Positions 1-8,371 of a DNA stretch of 49,421 bases are shown piece after piece. Every line of letters starts with the position of its first letter. Positions within the stretch are counted from its first letter, which is position 1. Made by a program: the position numbers and the translations under genes. The notes beneath the pieces are model-generated. The model was not told the DNA's origin and did no database searches. It saw only the letters and a program-made list of their open reading frames with translations. This DNA is from Thermoplasmatota archaeon (lineage in GTDB: Archaea; Thermoplasmatota; E2; DHVEG-1), in contig JAFGPP010000117.1 in NCBI GenBank assembly GCA_016936135.1, positions 1 through 49,421 on the forward strand, in the 5' to 3' direction.

Positions 1-32
1 AGAAAAAACATTTGTAAAAAGAAAAAAGTAGC

Positions 33-71
33 GCAATTCATCACCCAAACTAAAGTTTGGGGATTTCTTGC
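33..71. mobile_element. Probable IS200/IS605-family element end (subterminal hairpin)
   Basis: GCAATTCATCA-CCCAAACT-AA-AGTTTGGG-GATTTCTTGC: perfect 8-bp stem (44-51/54-61) framed by GCAA...TTGC, resembling IS200/IS605 ends; any transposase would lie outside the window. Confidence 0.5.
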
Positions 72-164
72 TTACAAAATGTTAATTAATCATTTAGTTT
101 AGTAACAAATATCAACTTAAGTAAATAGTAACATTTTATAATCTGAAATTTTTATTATAATCTA

Positions 165-1196
165 ATGATTGGAATATCATATCACAAAGATTACGATAAA
201 TACGATCTTGGAACTGATCACCCTCTAATCGGAGATAAACCAACAAAGTTTATGAAATTTATAGAGGAAAAGAAAATTATTGAGTATTGTGACATATTTA
301 CTCCAAAAAAGGCCGATGTAAAATATCTACTGAAAGTTCATACCAAAGAGTATGTAAAAAGAATTGAGGAATTAAGTAAAACAGGCGGAAGACTATCACT
401 TGATACACCTGCACCAAAGGGAATTTTTGAGTACGCCTGTCTTGCAACTGGTGGAACAATTCTTGCCGGTGTTAAATTATTTGATAAATATAACATCACG
501 GTCAATCCTCTTGCTGGTTTCCATCATGCTGGAATATCTTCCTCTTCAGGCTTTTGTTTTTTTAATGATATTGCAGTGGTTATCGAATATATAAGGGAGC
601 AATACAATATAAAAAAGTTTATGATAGTAGATCTAGACGTTCATCATGGAAATGGAACACAGGAAATTTACTATAGCGATCCAACTGTCTTGTCTATTTC
701 GTTTCATCAAAATGGCAACACTTTATACCCTGGGACCGGTTTTATAGAAGAAATCGGTGAAGGGGAGGGAAAAGGTTTCAACGTAAATCTGCCTTTGCCT
801 CCTGGAACGGGCAATTTAAATTATCTAAAAGCATTTGATAGTATAATTCCCGCACTGTCATCTCAATTTAAACCAGAGATTATAATATATCAGTCAGGCG
901 TAGATACCCATCACGCTGATCCACTTGCCGATCTGAATCTTACATATCAGACATATTATAATCTTGCATTAAGAATGAAAGAAATATCGAATTCAACATG
1001 CAACAAACTTTTGGTATTATTTGGTGGAGGTTATAACAGCACTTCATGCATAAAATCATATTACAACATTTTTTGTGGCTTATTGGGAGAAAAAGGATTT
1101 ATAAAAGAAAATGTGTTCCCAGACTACAGCGGAGGCAAGATAGACAAATTAATTGATGAGATAAAAACTCAGTTGTCACTATATTGGAATTTTTGA
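165..1196 (+). CDS. Zn-dependent histone deacetylase family protein (AcuC/HDAC-like deacetylase)
   Basis: Motifs GFHHA, SGFCFFND, DLDVHHGNGTQ, YPGTG, GVDTHHADPL, GGGY. Confidence 0.93.
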   Translation: MIGISYHKDYDKYDLGTDHPLIGDKPTKFMKFIEEKKIIEYCDIFTPKKADVKYLLKVHTKEYVKRIEELSKTGGRLSLDTPAPKGIFEYACLATGGTILAGVKLFDKYNITVNPLAGFHHAGISSSSGFCFFNDIAVVIEYIREQYNIKKFMIVDLDVHHGNGTQEIYYSDPTVLSISFHQNGNTLYPGTGFIEEIGEGEGKGFNVNLPLPPGTGNLNYLKAFDSIIPALSSQFKPEIIIYQSGVDTHHADPLADLNLTYQTYYNLALRMKEISNSTCNKLLVLFGGGYNSTSCIKSYYNIFCGLLGEKGFIKENVFPDYSGGKIDKLIDEIKTQLSLYWNF

Positions 1197-1277
1197 TTTA
1201 TTTAATTTCGGTAACAAAGCTTATTATTACCATTTAGATATCGACCGCAGGTACCCACCATTTTAGAGGGCAAATCC

Positions 1278-3944
1278 ATGGGCGTTCAAAAACTAGATAA
1301 ACTGTTCAAACCAAACAGCATCGCAGTAATAGGTGCTTCAGATAAAATTGGCAAAGCAGGCTATAGAATTTTTCGAAATCTAATTGGATCCGGATACGAA
1401 GGGGTCGTTTATCCAGTAAATCCCACTAAAGAAAGCATCCAAGGAATCCATACATATAAAAATATTAATGAAGTTCCTAAAGTAGTAGATTTAGCAATTA
1501 TTGTAACCCCTGCAAGAGCCGTTTGTGAAGTTGTAGAACAATGCGGAAAACGCGGTGTAAAAGGGATATTAATAATTTCTGCAGGTTTCAAGGAGATTGG
1601 GGAGGAGGGAAAGAAATTAGAAAATAAACTTTTAAAAATTAAAAAAAAATATGGATTAAGAATTGTTGGTCCCAACTGTGTCGGTTACATTTTACCTTAC
1701 TTAAACATGAATGCAACTTTTGCGGGATCTATGCCTGAAAAAGGTAATATTGCCTTATTTTCTCAAAGTGGTGCGGTTTGTGGAGCAATTCTTGATTGGG
1801 CTGCAGCTGCTAAAGTAGGATTCAGTTCATTTATTTCTGTTGGTTCAATGCTTGATGTAGATTTTGGAGACCTTATTGACTATTTTGGTAGAGATGCACA
1901 CACAAGAAGTATCGTGCTCTATGCCGAATCAATTACAAATGCTAGAAAATTCATGAGTGCAGCAAGAGCTTTTGCTCGTGTTAAACCAATCATTGTAATC
2001 AAGTCTGGAAGATACTCAGAAGGTGCCAAAGCAGCTTCTTCTCATACAGGGGCAATGGCAGGTGAAGACTACATAAACGATGCGGCTTTCAAAAGAGCGG
2101 GAATGGTTCGTGTTAAAAATATTCAGGACTTATTTAATGTTTCATCAATTCTAGCCAAACAACCCAGACCAACAGGTCCAAATATCGCTATAATTACAAA
2201 TGCAGGAGGCCCCGGTGTTCTTGCTACCGATGCGATTATTGAACAAGGGGGCAAGCTGGCGAATTTATCTGCTGAAACAATGGTACAACTAAATGAGTTT
2301 CTACCTTCACATTGGAGTAAAAGTAATCCTATTGATATTATCGGTGATAGCGATGAAGAGGTTTACAAAAAGACAATGGAAGTTTGCCTTCAAGACAAAA
2401 ATATTGATGGGTTGCTAATTATTTGTGTTCCTCAAGTTATGGCTAACCCCAAAAATTTAGCAGACAATATAATTGACATATCAAAAAGATCGACAAAACC
2501 AATTTTAACGTCATTTCCTGGTGAGGCTAGCGTTCAATACGCAAGACAACTTTTAAACAATAACAATGTCCCAACATATTCTACACCAGAGGAGGCCGTA
2601 GAGTCATACATGTATCTTTACAGATATGCTAGAAATCTTCAGTTATTGTTTGAAACCCCTGAGGAAAGAAATATAATTCAAGTTGAAAATCATCAAAAAA
2701 GACTCAAGGAAATTATAAATACCGCCTTGAAGGACAAAAGAACGTTATTAAGTGAAAGCGAGGCGAAGGAATTTATCGAACTTTATGGAATAAAGTCAAC
2801 TAGACCAATTTTTGCAAAAGACGAAAATGCTGCTGTTGAAACATCTGAAAAAATAGGTTATCCGATTGTAATGAAAATTCAATCACCACAGATATCACAT
2901 AAAAGTGATGCCGGTGGTGTTGCATTAAACGTTAATTGTGAGAAAGATGTAAGAGAAGCATTTAGAAATATGATGACAAAGGTGAAAAAGAATGTACCTG
3001 ATGCAACAATTGAGGGGGTAACAATTCAAAAAATGGTAGAAAACAAAGGTTCTGAATTCATACTTGGTTCAAAAAAAGATCCAGTATTTGGTTCCGTAAT
3101 CCTATTTGGATTGGGGGGCATATTTACCGAACTTTTCAAGGATAGATCAATTGGTTTTCCACCACTTAGCCAAGTGCTCGTCCAACGGATAATAGAAAAA
3201 ACAAAGGCCTATGAATTACTGAAAGGGTACAGAAACATTCCACCTGTCGATATGGCAAAAGTTGAAGAAACCATAATCAATTTTTCCCAGCTTATCGAAG
3301 AACATCCTGAAATACAAGAAATTGATATAAATCCTCTAGCACCATCTGGTAATGATCTTATTGCATTAGATGCGCGCATAGTAATTGATGAAAATCCAGA
3401 AGGAAAACCTCACCTTATAATTGGTAGATATCCAAATCAATATATTTCGCATGTAAAACTCAAAGATGGTACCGAAGTAATTTTGAGACCAATTAAACCT
3501 GAAGACGAATATATGTGGCTAGAAATGTTTAAGAGCTTCTCCGAGGAAACAGTTAGATTCAGGTTTTTCAGATTGGTTAAAGATACGCCTCACGAAATGC
3601 GCACTCGCTATTGTAACATTGATTATGACAGAGAAATCGCAATTGTCGCGGAAATAACAGAAAATGGAAAGAGACGATTGCTTGGAGTTTCCAGAATAAT
3701 TATGAGTCCAGGAAATGAAAAAGAAGCAGAGTTTGCAATAGTCGTAAGTGATAAATGGCAACGTTTAGGTCTAGGATCTGAACTAGTTGATCATACAATT
3801 GCAATTGTTAAGAATAGAAAGTTGGAGAGAATACATGGAACAGTACTAAAGGACAACACCCCCATGATTGCTTTATGTAAGGAAAAGAAATTCAAGATAA
3901 CAGAAGGAGACCCTGGGGAATATAAAATCGAATATCATCTATAA
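1278..3944 (+). CDS. ADP-forming acyl-CoA synthetase (alpha-beta fused) with C-terminal GNAT domain (Pat/PatZ-like architecture)
   Basis: CoA-binding N-terminus (SIAVIGAS), GPNC, SQSGA, SHTGAM, TNAGGPG, NPIDIIGD, ATP-grasp (HKSDAGGV, DINPL), GNAT (RPIKPED, RFRFF, DYDREIA, VSDKWQRLGLG). Confidence 0.92.
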   Translation: MGVQKLDKLFKPNSIAVIGASDKIGKAGYRIFRNLIGSGYEGVVYPVNPTKESIQGIHTYKNINEVPKVVDLAIIVTPARAVCEVVEQCGKRGVKGILIISAGFKEIGEEGKKLENKLLKIKKKYGLRIVGPNCVGYILPYLNMNATFAGSMPEKGNIALFSQSGAVCGAILDWAAAAKVGFSSFISVGSMLDVDFGDLIDYFGRDAHTRSIVLYAESITNARKFMSAARAFARVKPIIVIKSGRYSEGAKAASSHTGAMAGEDYINDAAFKRAGMVRVKNIQDLFNVSSILAKQPRPTGPNIAIITNAGGPGVLATDAIIEQGGKLANLSAETMVQLNEFLPSHWSKSNPIDIIGDSDEEVYKKTMEVCLQDKNIDGLLIICVPQVMANPKNLADNIIDISKRSTKPILTSFPGEASVQYARQLLNNNNVPTYSTPEEAVESYMYLYRYARNLQLLFETPEERNIIQVENHQKRLKEIINTALKDKRTLLSESEAKEFIELYGIKSTRPIFAKDENAAVETSEKIGYPIVMKIQSPQISHKSDAGGVALNVNCEKDVREAFRNMMTKVKKNVPDATIEGVTIQKMVENKGSEFILGSKKDPVFGSVILFGLGGIFTELFKDRSIGFPPLSQVLVQRIIEKTKAYELLKGYRNIPPVDMAKVEETIINFSQLIEEHPEIQEIDINPLAPSGNDLIALDARIVIDENPEGKPHLIIGRYPNQYISHVKLKDGTEVILRPIKPEDEYMWLEMFKSFSEETVRFRFFRLVKDTPHEMRTRYCNIDYDREIAIVAEITENGKRRLLGVSRIIMSPGNEKEAEFAIVVSDKWQRLGLGSELVDHTIAIVKNRKLERIHGTVLKDNTPMIALCKEKKFKITEGDPGEYKIEYHL

Positions 3945-4001
3945 GTACCACATTTTTAAAAATTAAAACAACAATTATTTCATCAAAATAAAAGAGAGTT
4001 T

Positions 4002-4025
4002 GGGAAACTGAAAATAAAGTTTCCC
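4002..4025. terminator. Hairpin between convergent genes
   Basis: GGGAAACT-N8-AGTTTCCC inverted repeat between the 3' ends of 1278-3944(+) and 4046-4717(-). Confidence 0.4.
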
Positions 4026-4045
4026 TAATTTGAGATTCTTTTGCC

Positions 4046-4717
4046 CTAATATTGATATTGAGGTGGGTGCTGTTGGTTTTGATTCCAATTCCAACCTTGA
4101 TGACCTTGACCTTGCCATGCAGGTTGTGACCATCCTTGCTGATTGGTTTGTTGCGAGTTGAAACAATGATTTTGTTCCCAATAACCCTTTAATTCATCGA
4201 GAGTTTTGTCAAGTGTTATTGTATCTTTTACATGGTACACAAAGTTTGGTGGAATTGGCAACAATGTGTTATATGGAAATCTCCAGACATCACAAAGATA
4301 CGGGTCTAACCATACACCATAGTGCTGATAAGTGCCGTTGCTTTCTACCCAACCCCAGAATGTACCAACTCTAGAGTTATTCTTGTCATATACTGGTTTT
4401 TCAAATAGTTCATCTGTTGGGCAAGTTGACGTGCCACATGGAACTGCTTTGTTCCAAAATCGGCAAAGATCGTCCATTGATTTGTTGAGTGTCACGCGGT
4501 CATCTGTTTGCCTTATATAGTCACTGTATATTGGAATGAGTTTGCTTGTTCCTCTGAACCATGTATCTCTGGTGTTTTGATATGTTTTAATACCAAAGAA
4601 ATATCCAGGATATTCTTGGTTCCAACTGTTCCATGTCTTATCAATGGTACCAATGGCGTTACCATTTACATCTACAACTTCTTTTCCTACTAATTCATTT
4701 GGATTATACACCTTCAC
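4046..4717 (-). CDS. Tandem PRC-barrel domain protein with Q/N/G/W-rich C-terminal tail
   Basis: Two repeats (ELVGKEVVDVNGNAIGTI and ELFEKPVYDKNNSRVGTF), ending TLNKSMDDL and TLDKTLDEL; GTG start with AGGAGG RBS. Confidence 0.75.
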   Translation of the reverse strand: MKVYNPNELVGKEVVDVNGNAIGTIDKTWNSWNQEYPGYFFGIKTYQNTRDTWFRGTSKLIPIYSDYIRQTDDRVTLNKSMDDLCRFWNKAVPCGTSTCPTDELFEKPVYDKNNSRVGTFWGWVESNGTYQHYGVWLDPYLCDVWRFPYNTLLPIPPNFVYHVKDTITLDKTLDELKGYWEQNHCFNSQQTNQQGWSQPAWQGQGHQGWNWNQNQQHPPQYQY

Positions 4718-4747
4718 TATCTTCCCTCCTAGTAAAGTTATAATGCA

Positions 4748-4767
4748 TATAATTAGTGATATATAAA
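4748..4767. repeat. 20-bp imperfect direct repeat, copy 1 (contains minus-strand TATA box TTTATATA); candidate att site
   Basis: TATAATTAGTGATATATAAA; 18/20 identical to 9651-9670. Confidence 0.35.
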
Positions 4768-5061
4768 GTTGTTTACAATGGGAGTTTTATATTGAACACT
4801 AACACTAGCTTCCTTTTTACATTCTATTTGTTTCATTTTATTTCACCAATTTAAAATAAAATTCCTTCCTAATAAAGGATAGTAAACCCCCACTTTTACC
4901 AGAAAAGTTTAAAGAGCTACAAGGGTTGGCATAAAGATAATCAATTAACTTTCTCCAGAAAGTAGGGTATTTTGCCACTTTTATTAAGATAATTTAAAAT
5001 TTCTTTAGTATTAGTTTTCTTTATAACACTATTAAAGAAAATCAATAATTAAATTAATGGC

Positions 5062-5144
5062 AAATCCTTGGGTAATTTGTGTGTAAATCCTGGGGTTATC
5101 ATAATGATAACATCATTACCCCATATGAGCTATCCTGGGGTTAT
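5062..5144. repeat. Direct repeats ATCCTGGGGTTAT
   Basis: Exact 13-mers at 5087-5099 and 5132-5144; degenerate copy AAATCCTTGGGTAAT at 5062-5076. Confidence 0.6.
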
Positions 5145-5329
5145 AATTAAAACCAAAGGTTTTCTAGTGAAATTTATATTAATACATTTAATTTGTAAAT
5201 AATTACACAATTATCTAAATAAAAATTGAAAAAATCCTATTTTGAACCACATTTTTGCAATAAAGCTTTTATAATACAACGAGATTTATTTATTTGAAGG
5301 AATTGCTAAAAGATATTGGGGGAAATAAA

Positions 5330-6325
5330 ATGAAAAGAAAAATCATAGGTTTTTTAGTTTGTACGCTTTTAATTACGACAATATTGCCAATTACAGTTTC
5401 TTCAGATTATCCATCTAACAACATTATCTACGTTGATGATGACAACATAGATGGTCCGTGGGATGGTAGCCAAGAACATCCTTATCGCCTAATTGCAGAT
5501 GGTATTGATGCAACTGTTGATGGTGACACAGTCTATGTCTACAGCGGAACCTATTTTGAAAATTTTTCGATTAGGAAATCAATTTGTTTGGAGGGAGAAA
5601 ACAAGGAAACCACTATTATTGATGGTGGTAACCTGAAACAAGTTGATGTTATCGATATCATTTGTAGCAATGTCACTGTTAAGCGATTTTCGATTATAAA
5701 TGGAGACGATGGTATAGACGTATATAGTAAAGTTGATAATATTACAATTTCTGAGAATATAATAAAATATAATATAGGACAAGGTCTTGTTTTCTTCAAT
5801 TCAAATCGGAATACAATTACACACAATATAATTAGAAAAAATGGAGATATCAGTGAACCTTTTTCTGGGGGAATTTTATTCATAAATTCAAGTAATAACA
5901 ATATTAGTGGAAACATTGTTTCAGGTAATTTTAACTTTGGAATTTCGATTTTTCTTTTATATAATAGCATCGTTTCAGGAAATAGTATCACTTATAACCT
6001 TGGTACTGGCCTTGAGTTACAACATTCATATGATACTGTTATAGTTAGGAATAACTTTATAAAAAATGGTCAGAAGACGAGCGCTTTTTTGTTAGGAGAT
6101 TTAGCAGATAATGCAATGTTTCATTATTCAATGTTTCCCGAGAGACCATACAATAACAGTTGGGACAAAAATTTTTGGAATAGAGGCCGGATATTACCAA
6201 AACCGATATTTGGTATGTATTCATCTGCAACAAGGTTGCCTATTTTTTTGCCTTGGATTACTTTTGACTGGCATCCAACACTTAAACCTTATGACATTCA
6301 GGTTCCAGAAGGGACTTTTTTCTAA
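5330..6325 (+). CDS. Secreted right-handed parallel beta-helix (NosD/pectin-lyase fold) protein
   Basis: Signal peptide MKRKIIGFLVC, IIYVDDDN..GPWDGS..HPY..I..GID, GDTVYVYSGTY.EN, Asn-ladder repeats, FDWHP C-terminus; ATG at 5330 preferred over track start 5294. Confidence 0.85.
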   Translation: MKRKIIGFLVCTLLITTILPITVSSDYPSNNIIYVDDDNIDGPWDGSQEHPYRLIADGIDATVDGDTVYVYSGTYFENFSIRKSICLEGENKETTIIDGGNLKQVDVIDIICSNVTVKRFSIINGDDGIDVYSKVDNITISENIIKYNIGQGLVFFNSNRNTITHNIIRKNGDISEPFSGGILFINSSNNNISGNIVSGNFNFGISIFLLYNSIVSGNSITYNLGTGLELQHSYDTVIVRNNFIKNGQKTSAFLLGDLADNAMFHYSMFPERPYNNSWDKNFWNRGRILPKPIFGMYSSATRLPIFLPWITFDWHPTLKPYDIQVPEGTFF

Positions 6326-6368
6326 TAACATAGTGTGATGTGTTGGGTGGCCAAGCCCCATAGTTAAA

Positions 6369-6621
6369 ATAATAAATTAATTTATTATAGTAGTCCCCCC
6401 TCAAAGACTATACATATGAGGGTAATTTTCCCAGGAAATTTGAAATTGACGTCAATTAAAATTCATTTGAAAGTAGGAAAATCAATTAAAAAGTATAATA
6501 TTTTAGGGGAAAAACGACGCTTCTAACCACTATTAATATGATAGTTATGATGGTGGGTTTTTTGTCAGTCCCATGATGTCATTCCCCATATACGATAGAG
6601 CCATATGAGGGTTATGAGGGT
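6369..6621. repeat. Putative replication origin: palindromes and iteron-like 9-mers
   Basis: Perfect palindromes at 6369-6388 (20 bp) and 6444-6457 (AATTGACGTCAATT); TATGAGGGT at 6415, 6604, 6613; TATGATAGT-TATGATGGT tandem at 6537-6554. Confidence 0.55.
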
Positions 6622-6702
6622 GTTCAGTAATTTTTATTTCTTTGGAGAAAAAAATATATAATAAATCAAAAGTTATCCCAATATCCCTTATATTTGCTCA
6701 GT

Positions 6703-7971
6703 TCAAATTAGCTTTATTCCCCGATAAGCAAGTTGTTGTTTATCTTTTATCGTAGGTCTGTAATCAGTGACGGGGATAATATTTTGGCCGTGCATTGCTA
6801 TTCCAAATTGAACGACATTTATTGGATAGTCGTATCGGTATTTTATGCACCATTCTCTGCAATTTATATATAATTTTTTAGCAAATTCATAGTTGTTTAT
6901 TGATGGTTTGCAATTTGAGTTAAGCCACATCAAAAAGCCATCTTCCTTTATCTTTCCCTTCTGAAAAATTTCAATAACTTGGTATTTGTCCATCTGGTGA
7001 GATAACCTCCACTTGTTATTCCTCAGATTTGACACACCCTCCAGGGTATAGGCTAAAAATGCAGATTTATTCTCTTCTTTCGAGTATCGAGAAATTATAG
7101 TATCATCTGGTTCAAAGGTGTGAGGACATTCGATGAATTGCCAACGCCTATAGAATCCATCATCGGCAGTATCTTCATCAATTAAAGGAATTTTATTGCT
7201 GGAAAAAAACAATTTGGCGATACTTTCATATTCGAATGGATTCTGGTGCTTGAACTGCAATGTAACTGCATCGCCCCCAGTAAAATTTTTTATTCTTCCA
7301 TAATTTCGGCCTTTTACAACAGTTGGGACATCAGAAGAAATATTTCCTCGTTTTTGGTAAATTTGTGCATTGGTGAATTTCTCTCCCAATTGATTCAAAT
7401 TAAGATTTGAGATATTATCTTTTGTAAGCCAACGGCCCAATATGTTAAGAATGGTTGACTTGCCAGAATCATTTGGACCGTAAAGATAAATTAGTTTTTT
7501 TGTAACATAATGCGGGGCGAGAATATTGCCCACCGCATCTTGAAAAGTCTCGGAATTTGCCTTGCTCATTATTTGCTCCACAAACTTATGGATGGGCTCA
7601 CTGTCAATTGATTTATCATATGTAACGGGTATACGAAAGTCAACAAATTTACTCGGGGTGTGTTTTTCCAATTTCAATGTATCAAGATTAATTAACCCAT
7701 TATTTACGCAAATGTAATTGTGCTTTATATCTTGAAGATTTGTATATGTAGATCGTTCAATGTAACCCAGCACTTCGGCTACTCTTCCACCACTTGTCTC
7801 ATCACCAAGGTTCCTGTTAATTTCTTTTTTTAAAATTGGCACAGAATTTTTGTATTCATAAAATCCGTTTCTATAAATGTAGATTCTGCCCGAGTTCATG
7901 TCGGTTTTTATATGGTTCACCTTAAGTAACGCATCACCAAGAATTTTTGTGTTGAATGCCACTGTTATCAC
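6703..7971 (-). CDS. P4/D5-like SF3 helicase (phage/plasmid primase C-terminal domain family), no recognisable primase domain
   Basis: D5_N-like ICVNNGLINLDTLKLEKHTP, Walker A GPNDSGKST, IKNFTGGD, FFSSN motif C, FYRRWQFI, C-terminal winged helix. Confidence 0.9.
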   Translation of the reverse strand: MITVAFNTKILGDALLKVNHIKTDMNSGRIYIYRNGFYEYKNSVPILKKEINRNLGDETSGGRVAEVLGYIERSTYTNLQDIKHNYICVNNGLINLDTLKLEKHTPSKFVDFRIPVTYDKSIDSEPIHKFVEQIMSKANSETFQDAVGNILAPHYVTKKLIYLYGPNDSGKSTILNILGRWLTKDNISNLNLNQLGEKFTNAQIYQKRGNISSDVPTVVKGRNYGRIKNFTGGDAVTLQFKHQNPFEYESIAKLFFSSNKIPLIDEDTADDGFYRRWQFIECPHTFEPDDTIISRYSKEENKSAFLAYTLEGVSNLRNNKWRLSHQMDKYQVIEIFQKGKIKEDGFLMWLNSNCKPSINNYEFAKKLYINCREWCIKYRYDYPINVVQFGIAMHGQNIIPVTDYRPTIKDKQQLAYRGIKLI

Positions 7972-8171
7972 CTCTGCTTCGGCACTGACTCACAAACACT
8001 GATTATTCTACTCAGGGCAATTACTTCATGGTTACTTTTCTTATCTAAAAAAAGACTATTATCGTTGATTTTCTTAAGTATTCCAAAAGATGCAAAATTA
8101 TCTGTCTTCACTACCTTACAATACTTGCCTAAAAAATATTTGATTTCTTCCTTTTTTATTCCTTCTGACAT
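7968..8171 (-). CDS. Small Sm/LSm(Hfq)-like fold protein
   Basis: FLGKYCKVV...GILKKINDNSLFL...EVIALSRIISV pattern; stop overlaps the helicase GTG start (GTGA). Confidence 0.55.
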   Translation of the reverse strand: MSEGIKKEEIKYFLGKYCKVVKTDNFASFGILKKINDNSLFLDKKSNHEVIALSRIISVCESVPKQR

Positions 8172-8371
8172 CCGTCATATTCCATCGCCAGGTCATTTAG
8201 ACCAAAAGCCTCAAGCGCGTTGGCTCCACATCCCCATACCAATATGGATTAACATCCATTTAAAATTATGGTATTCCTTCTGTAAATCATTTAAAAAAGA
8301 CAGGGGAATAATTGTATTTAGAACAATCAAATAATTGCTACAGTGGATTTATCTAAAAATTTGCCAACAGG

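Noticed and set aside
6345..6360. GGGTGGCCAAGCC, resembling a tRNA-Leu/Ser D-arm (possible att remnant)
   Set aside because: Too short, no cloverleaf, and no matching tRNA at the other end of the element; more likely a small hairpin.
5062..6621. Repeat clusters considered as a CRISPR array
   Set aside because: Repeats are only 9-13 bp with irregular spacing and no cas genes are present.
8065..8334. 89-aa plus-strand ORF within the element
   Set aside because: Opposes and overlaps the Sm-like gene; TTG start and no motif.
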